This document shows positions 18,062 to 27,506 of a stretch of DNA of 64,000 nucleotides, piece by piece. Within the stretch, counting starts at the first letter, position 1; the number at the start of each line of letters is the position of its first letter. Source of the stretch: an uncultured Fibrobacter sp. GTDB taxonomy: Bacteria > Fibrobacterota > Fibrobacteria > Fibrobacterales > Fibrobacteraceae. Under the pieces are notes generated by a model that made no database searches, was not told the DNA's origin, and saw only the letters and a list, made by a program, of their open reading frames with translations. Made by a program: the position numbers and the translations under genes. The stretch spans positions 697-64,696 of the forward strand of contig CAMHDS010000004.1 of assembly GCA_946183925.1 (NCBI GenBank). The letters are read 5' to 3'.

Positions 18062-21000
18062 ATGGTCGAAAAGGCTCTTGAATCAAGCGTGCCGAATGAA
18101 CCTGCCCTGGTGCAGGTCCTCGAGGGCGTGCGCCCCCTGGAGCCACACCCGAGGCTCCCGGATTTCAATTTCGAAAGCCTGAAGGACTATTCCCGCATAT
18201 TGCCTGCCATGCTGCCGAACTTTCCGGATTTTTGCCCTGCCGGCAATTTCCGCAAGAGCTACGCCGACGAGCTTACCTCCTGCACGGATTTTCTTTCGGG
18301 CTACGAGGATTTCAAGACCTTCACGGAACATTTCAGGGCTTACAACTTCAAGACCTTCCTGATGGAAGGGGAAAACCTGAAGCTTTTCCACAAGGCGCCC
18401 TGGCACTGGTCTTTCCAGCAGGAGAAAGACGGGGCCATCATCCAGTCGGGGCTTGCGGTGGCGGGTCTCATGGGAGCCCTGTGCTGCATTTCGCCGGGGA
18501 ACTTTTCGTGGCACCACTACACGGTGCGGTACCTGCACCTTTCGCTCCTCATGGCGTTCCACCTGGTGCGCAAGGGCTGCATTTACCCGCAGATTTTCTG
18601 GGTCCAGCGGGACACCGCCCAGATGCGCTGGCTCCCCACCACCTTCATTCCCGAAATCAAGGCGCTGGTGGACCAGCTGGAACAGAAGGCTCCTGAGAAA
18701 TTCGCCTTTACCGCCAGGGACGAAGAATACCTGGAAATTGACTCCCCTGCCCTCCACGTGCTTTCGCTGTTTATCGGGGCACTGCTCCGTTTTGCCCGGA
18801 CCTACAAGCGGCCGGTCAAGTCCAACCACGGGAACCTGCTGAGCTTTTTCTTTGACGGGGTTTCCGGGAAACTGGGGGCCAGCGGGCATGCCATTCCCGA
18901 AAAAATCCGGCAGTGGTTCTCGGTGTTCGGGCATTTTGACCTGCGGAGCCAGATTCTTTTCAAGGCGTGGGAGTCCGGCGACGACGTGTCCCTGGAAGTC
19001 TTTGTAGATGGAGCGCGCCTTGCCACCCTTTTCCAGAAAAACGATTCCAGGCTCGTGCCCCTGCAGAAAATCCTCTACGGGGTAGCAGAATTTTTCAAGC
19101 CGCTAGAAGCCTACCTGGACAGCCGGGGCGAAACTCCCGTAGTCATGCAGGGGGCAAAGCTGCTCCAGTTTTTGCAGGACTGCCTCAAGAAACTCGAGAT
19201 TATGGGAATCCGCACGGAGATTCCCGAAAAACTCTTGCACATCAACAAGCCCAAGGCCAAGATGCGGCTCCAGGGAAGCATGAGTTTCGGGATGTTCTCC
19301 GCTGGAGACCTGCTGGACTTTGACTGGCAGGTGGCCCTGGGCGACGAGCAGATTTCGCCACAGGAATTTCTGGAACTGGCCGCACAGGCAGACGGTCTGT
19401 TAAAATACAAGTCGGAATACATCGAGATTTCGGCCCAGGACATCGAAGAAATCAAGAAGCAGGTGGAAACCCCCAAGGAGCAGGCCCAAGCCACACAGTC
19501 CAAGCTGGTGCAGGCGGCCCTTACCGGCGATTGCGACGGTGTGCCCATCACCCTGACCGAAGATACCAAGGCCCAGATTGACGCCTGGCGGGGCGAGACG
19601 GAAATCCCGCTGCCCGAAGGCCTGAACGCCACGCTACGCCCCTACCAGAAGCGGGGCTACTCCTGGATGTACAAGAACCTGGAAATCGGTTTCGGATGTA
19701 TTCTGGCCGACGACATGGGCCTCGGAAAGACCCTCCAGGTTATCGCCTACCTGCTGAAAATCAAGGAAGAAGGAAAACTCCAGGAGCACAAGGCCCTGGT
19801 GGTGATGCCCGCGGGACTGCTGTGCAACTGGCAGGTAGAAATCAAGAGGTTCGCCCCCGCCCTCACCTTCACCGCCTACCACGGCGGAAACCGGGACCTG
19901 CAAAAGTTCAACTCCGACATTTTGCTCACCACCTACGCCACCTTCCGCAAGGATTTTGAGATTTTGAAAGCGACCACCTGGCATGCGGTAGTCATCGACG
20001 AGGCCCAGAACATCAAGAACGCGGACAGCGACCAGAGCAAGCTTTTACGCAGCCTGCAGGCCCCCGTAAAAATCGCCATGAGCGGCACTCCCGTGGAAAA
20101 CCGCCTCATGGAATTCTGGACCATCATGGACTTTGCGAACCGGGGCTTTTTCCCAAGCGCCCAGGAATTCCGGGAAAAGTACGAGACGCCCATCCAGAAG
20201 AACGGCGACAAGGTGGCGGCAGAAACCTTCAAGAAGATTACCGCACCCTTCATGCTCCGCCGACTCAAGACGGACAAGAACATCATCAGCGACCTGCCCG
20301 ACAAGATTATCCAGAACGAATACGCCGAACTGACGGCCACCCAGGCGGCCCTTTACAAGCAGACCCTAGACAAGTTCATGGCCATGCTGGAAGAGGAAAA
20401 GCAGCTGGCCGAAATTTCGCAGGATTCCCACGGGCTATTCAAGCGCAAGGGACTCATCTTGCAGATGATTCTTGCACTCAAGCAGATCTGCAACCATCCC
20501 GCCACATTCTTGAAGGGGGCGGAAAGCGCCGCCAACGAAGGTGCGGCAGGTCCCATGGACTCTATCCCCTATCACGCGTTGCGTTCCAGGGTCCAAAGCG
20601 ACAATGCCGCTACGCTCCAGAGTGACAATGCGGAAACACCGATGCTCACCTCCGGCAAGCTCCAGATGCTCCTGGACCTGCTTACCTCCATCCAGGAGCA
20701 GGGCGAAAAGACCCTCATCTTTACCCAGTTCGCCGAAATGGGATTTTTGCTGAAGGAATCCATCGAAAAGGAACTGGACATTTCCGTAGATTTCTATCAC
20801 GGGGGCTGCAGCCAGACCCAGCGCAAGAACATGGTGGACTCTTTCCAGCAGGACCCCGAATCCAAGGTGCTCATTCTTTCTTTAAAGGCGGGCGGCACGG
20901 GCCTGAACCTCACCGCCGCCTCCCAGGTCATCCATTACGACCTGTGGTGGAACCCCGCCATCGAGGCCCAGGCCACCGACCGGGCCTTCCGTATTGGCCA

Positions 21001-21193
21001 GACCCGCAATGTGCAGGTCCACCGGTTCATCACCAAGGGAACCTTCGAAGAAAAAATTAACGCCCTCCTGGAAACCAAGAGGGCGATTGCCGAAATGACG
21101 GTGAGCGCAGGAGAGACCTGGCTTGCGGACCTGAGCGACAGCGAGCTTTCCGAGGTGTTCCGGCTAGACAGCGCAGAAAACCCGGCAGGCTAG
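18062..21193 (+). CDS. SNF2-family helicase
   Basis: LRPYQ, LADDMGLGKT, DEAQNIKN, SGTPVEN, SLKAGGTGLNL, WWNPA, QATDRAFRIGQ. Start at ATG 18062 after TATATT. Confidence 0.93.
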   Translation: MVEKALESSVPNEPALVQVLEGVRPLEPHPRLPDFNFESLKDYSRILPAMLPNFPDFCPAGNFRKSYADELTSCTDFLSGYEDFKTFTEHFRAYNFKTFLMEGENLKLFHKAPWHWSFQQEKDGAIIQSGLAVAGLMGALCCISPGNFSWHHYTVRYLHLSLLMAFHLVRKGCIYPQIFWVQRDTAQMRWLPTTFIPEIKALVDQLEQKAPEKFAFTARDEEYLEIDSPALHVLSLFIGALLRFARTYKRPVKSNHGNLLSFFFDGVSGKLGASGHAIPEKIRQWFSVFGHFDLRSQILFKAWESGDDVSLEVFVDGARLATLFQKNDSRLVPLQKILYGVAEFFKPLEAYLDSRGETPVVMQGAKLLQFLQDCLKKLEIMGIRTEIPEKLLHINKPKAKMRLQGSMSFGMFSAGDLLDFDWQVALGDEQISPQEFLELAAQADGLLKYKSEYIEISAQDIEEIKKQVETPKEQAQATQSKLVQAALTGDCDGVPITLTEDTKAQIDAWRGETEIPLPEGLNATLRPYQKRGYSWMYKNLEIGFGCILADDMGLGKTLQVIAYLLKIKEEGKLQEHKALVVMPAGLLCNWQVEIKRFAPALTFTAYHGGNRDLQKFNSDILLTTYATFRKDFEILKATTWHAVVIDEAQNIKNADSDQSKLLRSLQAPVKIAMSGTPVENRLMEFWTIMDFANRGFFPSAQEFREKYETPIQKNGDKVAAETFKKITAPFMLRRLKTDKNIISDLPDKIIQNEYAELTATQAALYKQTLDKFMAMLEEEKQLAEISQDSHGLFKRKGLILQMILALKQICNHPATFLKGAESAANEGAAGPMDSIPYHALRSRVQSDNAATLQSDNAETPMLTSGKLQMLLDLLTSIQEQGEKTLIFTQFAEMGFLLKESIEKELDISVDFYHGGCSQTQRKNMVDSFQQDPESKVLILSLKAGGTGLNLTAASQVIHYDLWWNPAIEAQATDRAFRIGQTRNVQVHRFITKGTFEEKINALLETKRAIAEMTVSAGETWLADLSDSELSEVFRLDSAENPAG
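20557..20629 (-). repeat. REP-derived segment in-frame inside the SNF2 helicase gene
   Basis: cgctccagagtgacaat (20613-20629) matches intergenic cgctccagaatgacaat (27491-27507) at 16/17. It is preceded by a degenerate copy, tccaaagcgacaat. Confidence 0.6.
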
Positions 21194-21206
21194 GCCACGG
21201 GCTAAA

Positions 21207-21419
21207 CTACTCCGCCGGTAAGATAATCTCGATGTGGCGGGTGCTCACATTCAAGAAGTGGGTGCGGAACAAATCCTTTTCGGTCTTGTCGCTGACCTTC
21301 ACCTGGGTCACGGCGATAAAGTCCTTGTTCTCGCGGATATAGTCGGTAAGGCGTTCGTCACGGAGGGTGTCGATTTCGCCGGTGATGATAAAACTGTCTG
21401 TCCAGATTTTTACGAGCAT
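21207..21419 (-). CDS. Small conserved hypothetical protein (DUF6812-like)
   Basis: 70 aa with 'ITGEI...RLTDYI...FIAVT' pattern. TATATT 6 nt upstream of the ATG. Confidence 0.65.
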   Translation of the reverse strand: MLVKIWTDSFIITGEIDTLRDERLTDYIRENKDFIAVTQVKVSDKTEKDLFRTHFLNVSTRHIEIILPAE

Positions 21420-21513
21420 ACCCTAAATATAACGATTTTTTCAAATGAAAGCAAAAAAAAGTGTTTTTTTGTTGCTTTTTGAGGTTTCTAAAGGTATTTT
21501 TTCAAAAAATGCA

Positions 21514-21546
21514 TCTAGATCCTAATCTCTAGATCCTAGCCCCTAC
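21514..21546 (+). repeat. Heptamer tandem array (YCTAGAT-like), single arm
   Basis: tctagat cctaatc tctagat cctagcc cctac, just upstream of the LOG RBS. Confidence 0.6.
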
Positions 21547-21558
21547 AAGGAGACTATC

Positions 21559-22359
21559 ATGGCTGCAAAAAAGAAACAAGCGATTTCGACGATTCCGGGC
21601 AAGATGATTTACCACAACATGGACTTTATCGACAGCGACAGTGGCCGCCCCATCAGGATTATCGCCGAATTCATGGCTCCCAACCAGATTTTCCAGCAGG
21701 AAGGCGTCCAGAACACCATCGTGTTCTTCGGTTCGGCTCGTACACTCCCCATGAGCGAAATCAAAAAGCGCATGAAGGGAAGCAAGGACAAAAAGGAAAT
21801 CGCACGTCTCAAGAGGCTCGAGGTCGTAGCGGAATACTACGATGCCGCCCACGAACTGGGCGCAAAACTGGGCCGCTGGGCCAACAAGCAACACAAGGGC
21901 TTTGCCATCATGACAGGCGGCGGCCCGGGCATCATGGAAGCGGGCAACCGGGGCGCCAACGACGTGGGAACGTCCTCTATCGGCCTCAACATCAGGCTTC
22001 CGTTCGAACAGCACCCGAACCCCTATATCGACGACAAACTGAACCTGCAGTTCCGCTACTTCTTTATCCGTAAGTACTGGTTCATGAAGCTGGCCAGGGC
22101 CATGGTGGTGTTCCCGGGCGGTTTCGGTACCCTGGATGAAATGTTCGAAATTCTCACCCTCATCCAGACCAAGAAATACGGCGACCGCATGCCCGTGGTC
22201 ATTTTCGGCAGCAAGTACTGGAACAAGGTTCTCAACTGGAACTACCTGGCCGAAACAGGAATGATCGACAAGGACGACATCAAACTGTTCCATTTTTGCG
22301 ACACCGTAGAAGACGCCTACAACGTGATTACCAAGGCCCTGGAAAAGACATTGGAATAA
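21559..22359 (+). CDS. LOG family protein (nucleotide monophosphate phosphoribohydrolase)
   Basis: VFFGSAR, TGGGPGIMEA and PGGFGTLDE motifs; AAGGAG RBS. Confidence 0.92.
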   Translation: MAAKKKQAISTIPGKMIYHNMDFIDSDSGRPIRIIAEFMAPNQIFQQEGVQNTIVFFGSARTLPMSEIKKRMKGSKDKKEIARLKRLEVVAEYYDAAHELGAKLGRWANKQHKGFAIMTGGGPGIMEAGNRGANDVGTSSIGLNIRLPFEQHPNPYIDDKLNLQFRYFFIRKYWFMKLARAMVVFPGGFGTLDEMFEILTLIQTKKYGDRMPVVIFGSKYWNKVLNWNYLAETGMIDKDDIKLFHFCDTVEDAYNVITKALEKTLE

Positions 22360-22360
22360 G

Positions 22361-22437
22361 AAATTTCAGAATTCGGATTTCGGATTTCAGAATTATTTAA
22401 AATGCAACTCTGAATTCTGAACTCTGAATTCCGAATT
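22361..22437. repeat. Inverted heptamer-array element
   Basis: cagaatt cggattt cggattt cagaatt - spacer - aactctg aattctg aactctg aattccg aatt. Confidence 0.85.
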
Positions 22438-22453
22438 AGCTATCTTTGGACGC

Positions 22454-23551
22454 ATGCTCAGGAACATCCTTGCCGAGACCTTGGACAGAGTGTCAAGAAA
22501 CCTGGCGCTCCGGCCCCACTACACCATGGAAGAATACCAGAGGTGGTTCGACCAGAACCCGGAATTCTTGCACAGTGGAGCCATGGAAAAAATCGAACTG
22601 GTGGAGCCCCTGACCTTGGAGGGCACCAACAACCTGTACCGTGCCAACTTCTGGATTCAGCATGGCAGCGACAACACCCATTATGGCGAACGTGAAATCG
22701 TCGTAAAAATCTGCAAGTTCTGGGCGGCACCGGGCAAGAACCGACTCCACCGCCTGAACATGCTGCTCAGCGCCTTCCAAGACGAAATCCGCATCAACAA
22801 CCTGATTCGCGCCACCAACATCGAGGGCGTGGTCCAGAGTTTTGGCGGAGGCCTTGCCGGCAGGCACCCCTACCTCAAGATGGAATTCATCAAGGGTTGC
22901 TCCCTAGACAAGATGTTCAAGACAAAACTCACCGACGACGAGATCCTCCACCGCATCGCCCAGATAGCCTACCTGGCCAACACCATCAGCCAGCTGCACT
23001 ACTACCAGGTCATCCACAAAGATTTAAAGCCCAAGAACCTGTTGTTGTGCCAGAATCCCCTGCACAAGAACAACCACAAGATTCTGATTTGCGATTTCGG
23101 CTACGCCCAGGCGAAACTGCGGGAAACCGTCAATGAATATGGCGGACAGCTGACGCCCTGCTACAGCGCTCCAGAACAGGCCATCATGGGAGAGAACCTC
23201 TCCCCCTCCGTAGACTATTTCAGCTTCGGTATCATCGTCCACGAATACCTCACCGGCGAAAAGCTGTTCCCCCGTGCCATGGACATCTTTACCGAAGACG
23301 GCTACCGCATTACCGACCGCTACCTGGAATACCTGAAGACGGGACGGGAAAACAAGTTCCAGGATCCAAGATTCCCGGAGCTTTCGGAATGGATCGACCG
23401 GCTCACCATTTTTGACAGTTTCGAGCGGATGCAAAGCTGCCCGAACCTCTTTGAAATCGCGCATAAATTAAGGGAGAAGGTCAACGCCCTGGGTTACCGG
23501 GACGTGAATACCGACTTCTTGTGGAACCAGCTCAGGGAATACAACAGGTAG
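22454..23551 (+). CDS. Hanks-type Ser/Thr protein kinase (cytoplasmic)
   Basis: IVVK, FQDE, MEFIKG, HKDLKPKN, DFG, YSAPE, DYFSFG. No TM segment. Confidence 0.88.
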   Translation: MLRNILAETLDRVSRNLALRPHYTMEEYQRWFDQNPEFLHSGAMEKIELVEPLTLEGTNNLYRANFWIQHGSDNTHYGEREIVVKICKFWAAPGKNRLHRLNMLLSAFQDEIRINNLIRATNIEGVVQSFGGGLAGRHPYLKMEFIKGCSLDKMFKTKLTDDEILHRIAQIAYLANTISQLHYYQVIHKDLKPKNLLLCQNPLHKNNHKILICDFGYAQAKLRETVNEYGGQLTPCYSAPEQAIMGENLSPSVDYFSFGIIVHEYLTGEKLFPRAMDIFTEDGYRITDRYLEYLKTGRENKFQDPRFPELSEWIDRLTIFDSFERMQSCPNLFEIAHKLREKVNALGYRDVNTDFLWNQLREYNR

Positions 23552-23555
23552 TGTC

Positions 23556-25070
23556 ATGGGAGACATATTGGACAGCGTCAAGGATTTTTTGAAGGGACTC
23601 AAAGTCCACCACTATATCGTTTTAGGACTGGTGATTGCTATCGGCATATTCAACGCCGTCACCGCCCTTTCACCACAAATCAAGCAGAAACAGCGGGAAT
23701 CCAACATCGAGAAAACCTTTGACCACTGGTGGGAAACCGAAGGGGCAAAGCAATTTGAATCCGTAGGGCTCAAGGCCGACGCAAAGACCCGCAACGAGGA
23801 ATTCGAGCAGTTCCGGGACCGCTACCAAAAGGAGAACGGCGCCCTAGTGGTAGAAGAGCGCGTCGAACAGATGAAAAAGGAATTCCGGGAATGGTGGGAA
23901 ATCAAGGGCGGCAAGGAAGAGTTCATCAAGGAACACAACTATTATCCTAAAGAAAACGACTTTGTCCGTGAACAGAACAAATGGGTCAAGGCCTACACCG
24001 ACAAGCACCTGCGCTACCGCCTGGCCTTTGTGCCCGCCGAAGAGGAATACGACAGACTTTTGACCAGCTGGATTCTTTTCCCGGGAGTGTTGAGTTTCCT
24101 TTTGTTCGCAGGCTTCTTCTGCTTCGCCTACTACAGGCTTTCGGACCGGTGGGGTGTAGCGGTTGCGTCCGGCATTGCAGCAGGACTTGTCCTCGTTGGC
24201 GGAATTTTCGTGTCTCTCTTTACGGCAACGTCCTTCTTTGACCACTACGCGGTGGAGCGGTACATGGGCGCAAGTGTTGCCCTGTGCTTTATGCTGGGGG
24301 CGGTAGCGTTCCCGCCTTCTAACGACAAGGTCTCGGCACTCACAAAAGGGATTGCCATCGCAGGTGTTGCCCTGGATGTTCTGGTGAACTTCGCGCTGAA
24401 CGGAGGTATTTTCGGTGCCGTGGGCGTTGCAAGCCTCGTAACCTTCGGGCTCGGGGCCTTGGCCGGATGCAAGATTCCCCGCAGGCTCAAGACCCTCCAA
24501 GAGCACCAGGCCGACGCCCTGGCAGAACGTCTCAAGAAAAATGCGGTGGCAAACCCAATGGCCGCGCGGAAAGCTCGGAACAGGGCCCTCATAGACCAAG
24601 GACTGGACGAGGCCAACAAGGCCCACTACGAAGCCGCTCAGCGGACGCTGAGCCAGGCAATGAACGCCCTCTTGCAGGAACACCCTGTCGATGCCCCCGC
24701 CATCAAGAAACTTGCAGACCTGATGACTAGTCCCAGCGTGTTTATCGAAGTTCCCAGCGCCCAGTGGCTGGAATGGGGCGAAACGGCCAAATCCAAGACC
24801 AGCCTGGATTCTGCACTTGTCCTTCTGGAAAAAGGTCTTTCCCTGGAAACCAACGTGACCCTGGCGCGACGCGCCCTCTACAATATCGGAGAAATCCGGG
24901 TCAACAAAAACTGGGAATTGGAGCAGGGCATCGCCCGCCTAAACAAGGTTCTAGAATTGGGCGACGGCGATATCCTGGCTGTACAGGCCCGCAAGATGCT
25001 TGCCAAGGCAGAAAGCCAGATGCCCCCCAAAGAAGAAAGCGAAGCTCCCGAATCGGAACCGGAATCGTAA
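23556..25070 (+). CDS. Membrane protein with rhomboid-like TM domain and TPR-like C-terminus
   Basis: N-terminal TM and soluble region, then RLLTSW..., RLSDRWG and YMGASVAL aligning with rhomboid motifs. Helical-repeat C-terminus. Confidence 0.65.
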   Translation: MGDILDSVKDFLKGLKVHHYIVLGLVIAIGIFNAVTALSPQIKQKQRESNIEKTFDHWWETEGAKQFESVGLKADAKTRNEEFEQFRDRYQKENGALVVEERVEQMKKEFREWWEIKGGKEEFIKEHNYYPKENDFVREQNKWVKAYTDKHLRYRLAFVPAEEEYDRLLTSWILFPGVLSFLLFAGFFCFAYYRLSDRWGVAVASGIAAGLVLVGGIFVSLFTATSFFDHYAVERYMGASVALCFMLGAVAFPPSNDKVSALTKGIAIAGVALDVLVNFALNGGIFGAVGVASLVTFGLGALAGCKIPRRLKTLQEHQADALAERLKKNAVANPMAARKARNRALIDQGLDEANKAHYEAAQRTLSQAMNALLQEHPVDAPAIKKLADLMTSPSVFIEVPSAQWLEWGETAKSKTSLDSALVLLEKGLSLETNVTLARRALYNIGEIRVNKNWELEQGIARLNKVLELGDGDILAVQARKMLAKAESQMPPKEESEAPESEPES

Positions 25071-25086
25071 ACGCGCACCCTTCCTT

Positions 25087-25113
25087 GTCATCCCCGCGCA
25101 GGCGGGGATCTCC
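25087..25113 (+). repeat. GTCAT-anchored REP-like hairpin
   Basis: gtc-atcccc-gcgcaggc-ggggat-ctcc. Confidence 0.8.
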
Positions 25114-25135
25114 CATATTTTGTATATTTCACAAT

Positions 25136-25330
25136 ATGAAAAGACTGGTCCACGATAGAAAGAAATGCCTGGAATGTGCAGGCTGCGTTGGCGTATGCCC
25201 CGCCATGGCCTTAGACATGTACAATCTGGACCTGCAAATCGACCACGAAAAATGCACCAAGTGCGGCACCTGCACCAGGGCATGCCCCGTAGGGGCGCTA
25301 TCGCTTGAGGAGGTGGCCGATGCTTCGTGA
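25136..25330 (+). CDS. 2x[4Fe-4S] ferredoxin
   Basis: CLECAGCVGVCP and CTKCGTCTRACP. True start is ATG 25136, 7 nt after TATATT. Confidence 0.92.
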   Translation: MKRLVHDRKKCLECAGCVGVCPAMALDMYNLDLQIDHEKCTKCGTCTRACPVGALSLEEVADAS

Positions 25331-26519
25331 AGAATATGACGTTGTGGTTATCGGCGCAGGCCCCGGCGGTTCCGTTGCCGCCCGAGAACTTGCAAAGCGT
25401 GGCCGCTCCGTGCTGCTTTTAGAGAAACGCGAAAAAATCGGCTACCCCGTGCGTTGCGGCGAGGCCAGCACAAACCTTTCTGACCTGAAAAGCTACGGCC
25501 CTATCGACGAAGACTGTATCGAGACCATCATCAACGGCATCTACATCTACGGCCCTGCAGGCGTGAACATCGAAGTTCCGAAGCCAGGCATGGGGCTCAT
25601 GCTGAACCGCGAAAAATTCGACCCCCTGCTCGCCCACCTAGCCGAAAATGACGGCGTGGAACTGGTGACCCTTGCCCGAGCCGAATCCGTAAGTGACGTA
25701 ATGGGCAAGGAACCCAACGGCTACCGCACAGTCCGCGTGGTAGAAGGTCTCGGGGATGCTGTGCGCACATCTGAAGTCCGGGCCAAGATGGTCATTTCGG
25801 CAGAAGGCGTAGAGGCCCGCATCGGACGGAGTCTCGGGCTCAAGTGCCTGCAGGCCCCCACCATGACCTGCACCGGCGTAGATATCCAGGTGCAAGGCCT
25901 GCTGACCAAACCCGACTACCTGACCTTCTGGCAGGGCCACGACTTTATCAACGACGGTTATATCTGGAGCTTCCCGAAACAGAAATCGAACGTCACCAAC
26001 TTCGGTGCGGGATTCCTGTTCGGTGGCAAGCACGAGAAGAACATTCTGGAAACCACCCAGGAATGGCTGGACAAGCTGTTCCCAGGTTCCAAGGTGAACA
26101 AGGTGGTGGGCGGTCTCGTGCCGGTCTCCAGCACCCTCAAGAGTTACATCCTGGACCGTTTTGCCCTGGTGGGCGACGCCGCCCACCATACGAACCCCCT
26201 CACCGGAGGCGGCATCGCGGCGGCCATGCGGGCCGGACGGTATTGTGCCAATACCGTGCACCAGGGCCTGGAATGCGGAAACCTTTCAAAGGCCTTCCTC
26301 AAAAACTACGAGAACACCTGCTACCTCAAATTCGGAAGCACCCACAATTTTGAGTTCAAGTTCCGCAAGTTCCTGCTGAACATTGACCGCGACGAACAAA
26401 TCGGACTCTACAAGGTACTGCAAGGTTTCGCCCTCAGCGGGTACAAGAAATCCGCCTTCCTGAAAACCCCTCTGCAATCAGCCAAATATCTCTGGAAATT
26501 CCTGAAGTTCAAGGGCTAG
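25320..26519 (+). CDS. Geranylgeranyl reductase family FAD-dependent oxidoreductase
   Basis: GAGPGG, IGYPVRCGE, REKFD, GYIWSFPK and LVGDAA..NPLTGGGI. Overlaps the ferredoxin gene by 11 nt. Confidence 0.88.
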   Translation: MLREEYDVVVIGAGPGGSVAARELAKRGRSVLLLEKREKIGYPVRCGEASTNLSDLKSYGPIDEDCIETIINGIYIYGPAGVNIEVPKPGMGLMLNREKFDPLLAHLAENDGVELVTLARAESVSDVMGKEPNGYRTVRVVEGLGDAVRTSEVRAKMVISAEGVEARIGRSLGLKCLQAPTMTCTGVDIQVQGLLTKPDYLTFWQGHDFINDGYIWSFPKQKSNVTNFGAGFLFGGKHEKNILETTQEWLDKLFPGSKVNKVVGGLVPVSSTLKSYILDRFALVGDAAHHTNPLTGGGIAAAMRAGRYCANTVHQGLECGNLSKAFLKNYENTCYLKFGSTHNFEFKFRKFLLNIDRDEQIGLYKVLQGFALSGYKKSAFLKTPLQSAKYLWKFLKFKG

Positions 26520-26586
26520 CGGGAATACCATACTGCTCCTTTTTGCTATATTTGCGCTCGTAAATAATGCATTCAAGGAGTTTTCC

Positions 26587-27363
26587 ATGCTCAATAAAAT
26601 CGCTTTGGCCTCGGCTATCGCCGCAAGCGCCGCATTTGCTACCTGGGATTACTACCCAGTTCTTGAAGCCGGCAAGGGTTCTGTCGCTGGCGGACTTTAC
26701 TATGACTGGGACCACGACTGGTCTCAAGCAGGTCTCAAAATTGGAGCTCGCTACAGCCTGATCCAGAATTTGGAACTGTCCCTGCAAGGCTGGGGTTATC
26801 AGCTCTGGAGCGAAACGGATTGTGATGGCTGCGCCAACGGCGGCGACGGTCTCCGTGACCTGACTTTGGGAGTCCGTTATGGAATTGCCCCCATGATTAC
26901 CATCTTTGGCGATGTTCATTTGCCTATCGGCGGCGATGAGGTAACCAGCGATGAAATCTTCATTTACGCTGGTGCCCAGTTCAGTATGCCCATCAACGAA
27001 GTTCCCGGCATGAAGTTCGGTACCGAAGCAGGCGTCCTCTGGGGTTTTGAACACGACAACTATGAACGCGGACTTGACATCCACATGGGTGGCGAATTGG
27101 CGTACACCGTTCCCGATGTGGGCGTAACCCCCTTCGTTGGGCTGCAAATCAAATACCGCTTGACTGAAAGCACCTGGGATGACCACGGAACGGAAAGAGG
27201 ACACAATGACGACGGCAACAAGCAAATCAACATCTGGCTCGGTGCAGACTACTTTGTGATTCCGAACCAGCTTGACTTGGTCGCCAAACTCATTGTCCGC
27301 AGCGGAAAGGTTGACGACGGTGACGCGACCGGTCTCTATGGCGGCGTAGAATTCTTCTTCTAA
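26587..27363 (+). CDS. Outer-membrane beta-barrel protein
   Basis: Signal peptide (AAFA), amphipathic aromatic strands, C-terminal GGVEFFF; AAGGAG RBS. Confidence 0.72.
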   Translation: MLNKIALASAIAASAAFATWDYYPVLEAGKGSVAGGLYYDWDHDWSQAGLKIGARYSLIQNLELSLQGWGYQLWSETDCDGCANGGDGLRDLTLGVRYGIAPMITIFGDVHLPIGGDEVTSDEIFIYAGAQFSMPINEVPGMKFGTEAGVLWGFEHDNYERGLDIHMGGELAYTVPDVGVTPFVGLQIKYRLTESTWDDHGTERGHNDDGNKQINIWLGADYFVIPNQLDLVAKLIVRSGKVDDGDATGLYGGVEFFF

Positions 27364-27372
27364 TCCTGATTT

Positions 27373-27424
27373 GTCATCCCCGGAGCCTGTGCTGAGCGCA
27401 GTCGAAGTATGACCGGGGATCTCC
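27373..27424 (+). repeat. GTCAT-anchored REP with expanded loop
   Basis: gtcatccccgg-(agcctgtgctgagcgcagtcgaagtatga)-ccggggatctcc. Confidence 0.75.
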
Positions 27425-27477
27425 TTTACTTTGAAACACAAGTGCCTGCATTCAAAATGCAAGCACTTTTTTCTTAC

Positions 27478-27504
27478 GATTCGTTACACTCGCTCCAGAA
27501 TGAC
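27478..27504 (-). repeat. GTCAT-anchored REP (opposite orientation to 27373)
   Basis: Minus strand reads gtcattctggagcgagtgtaacgaatc. Confidence 0.6.
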
Positions 27505-27506
27505 AA

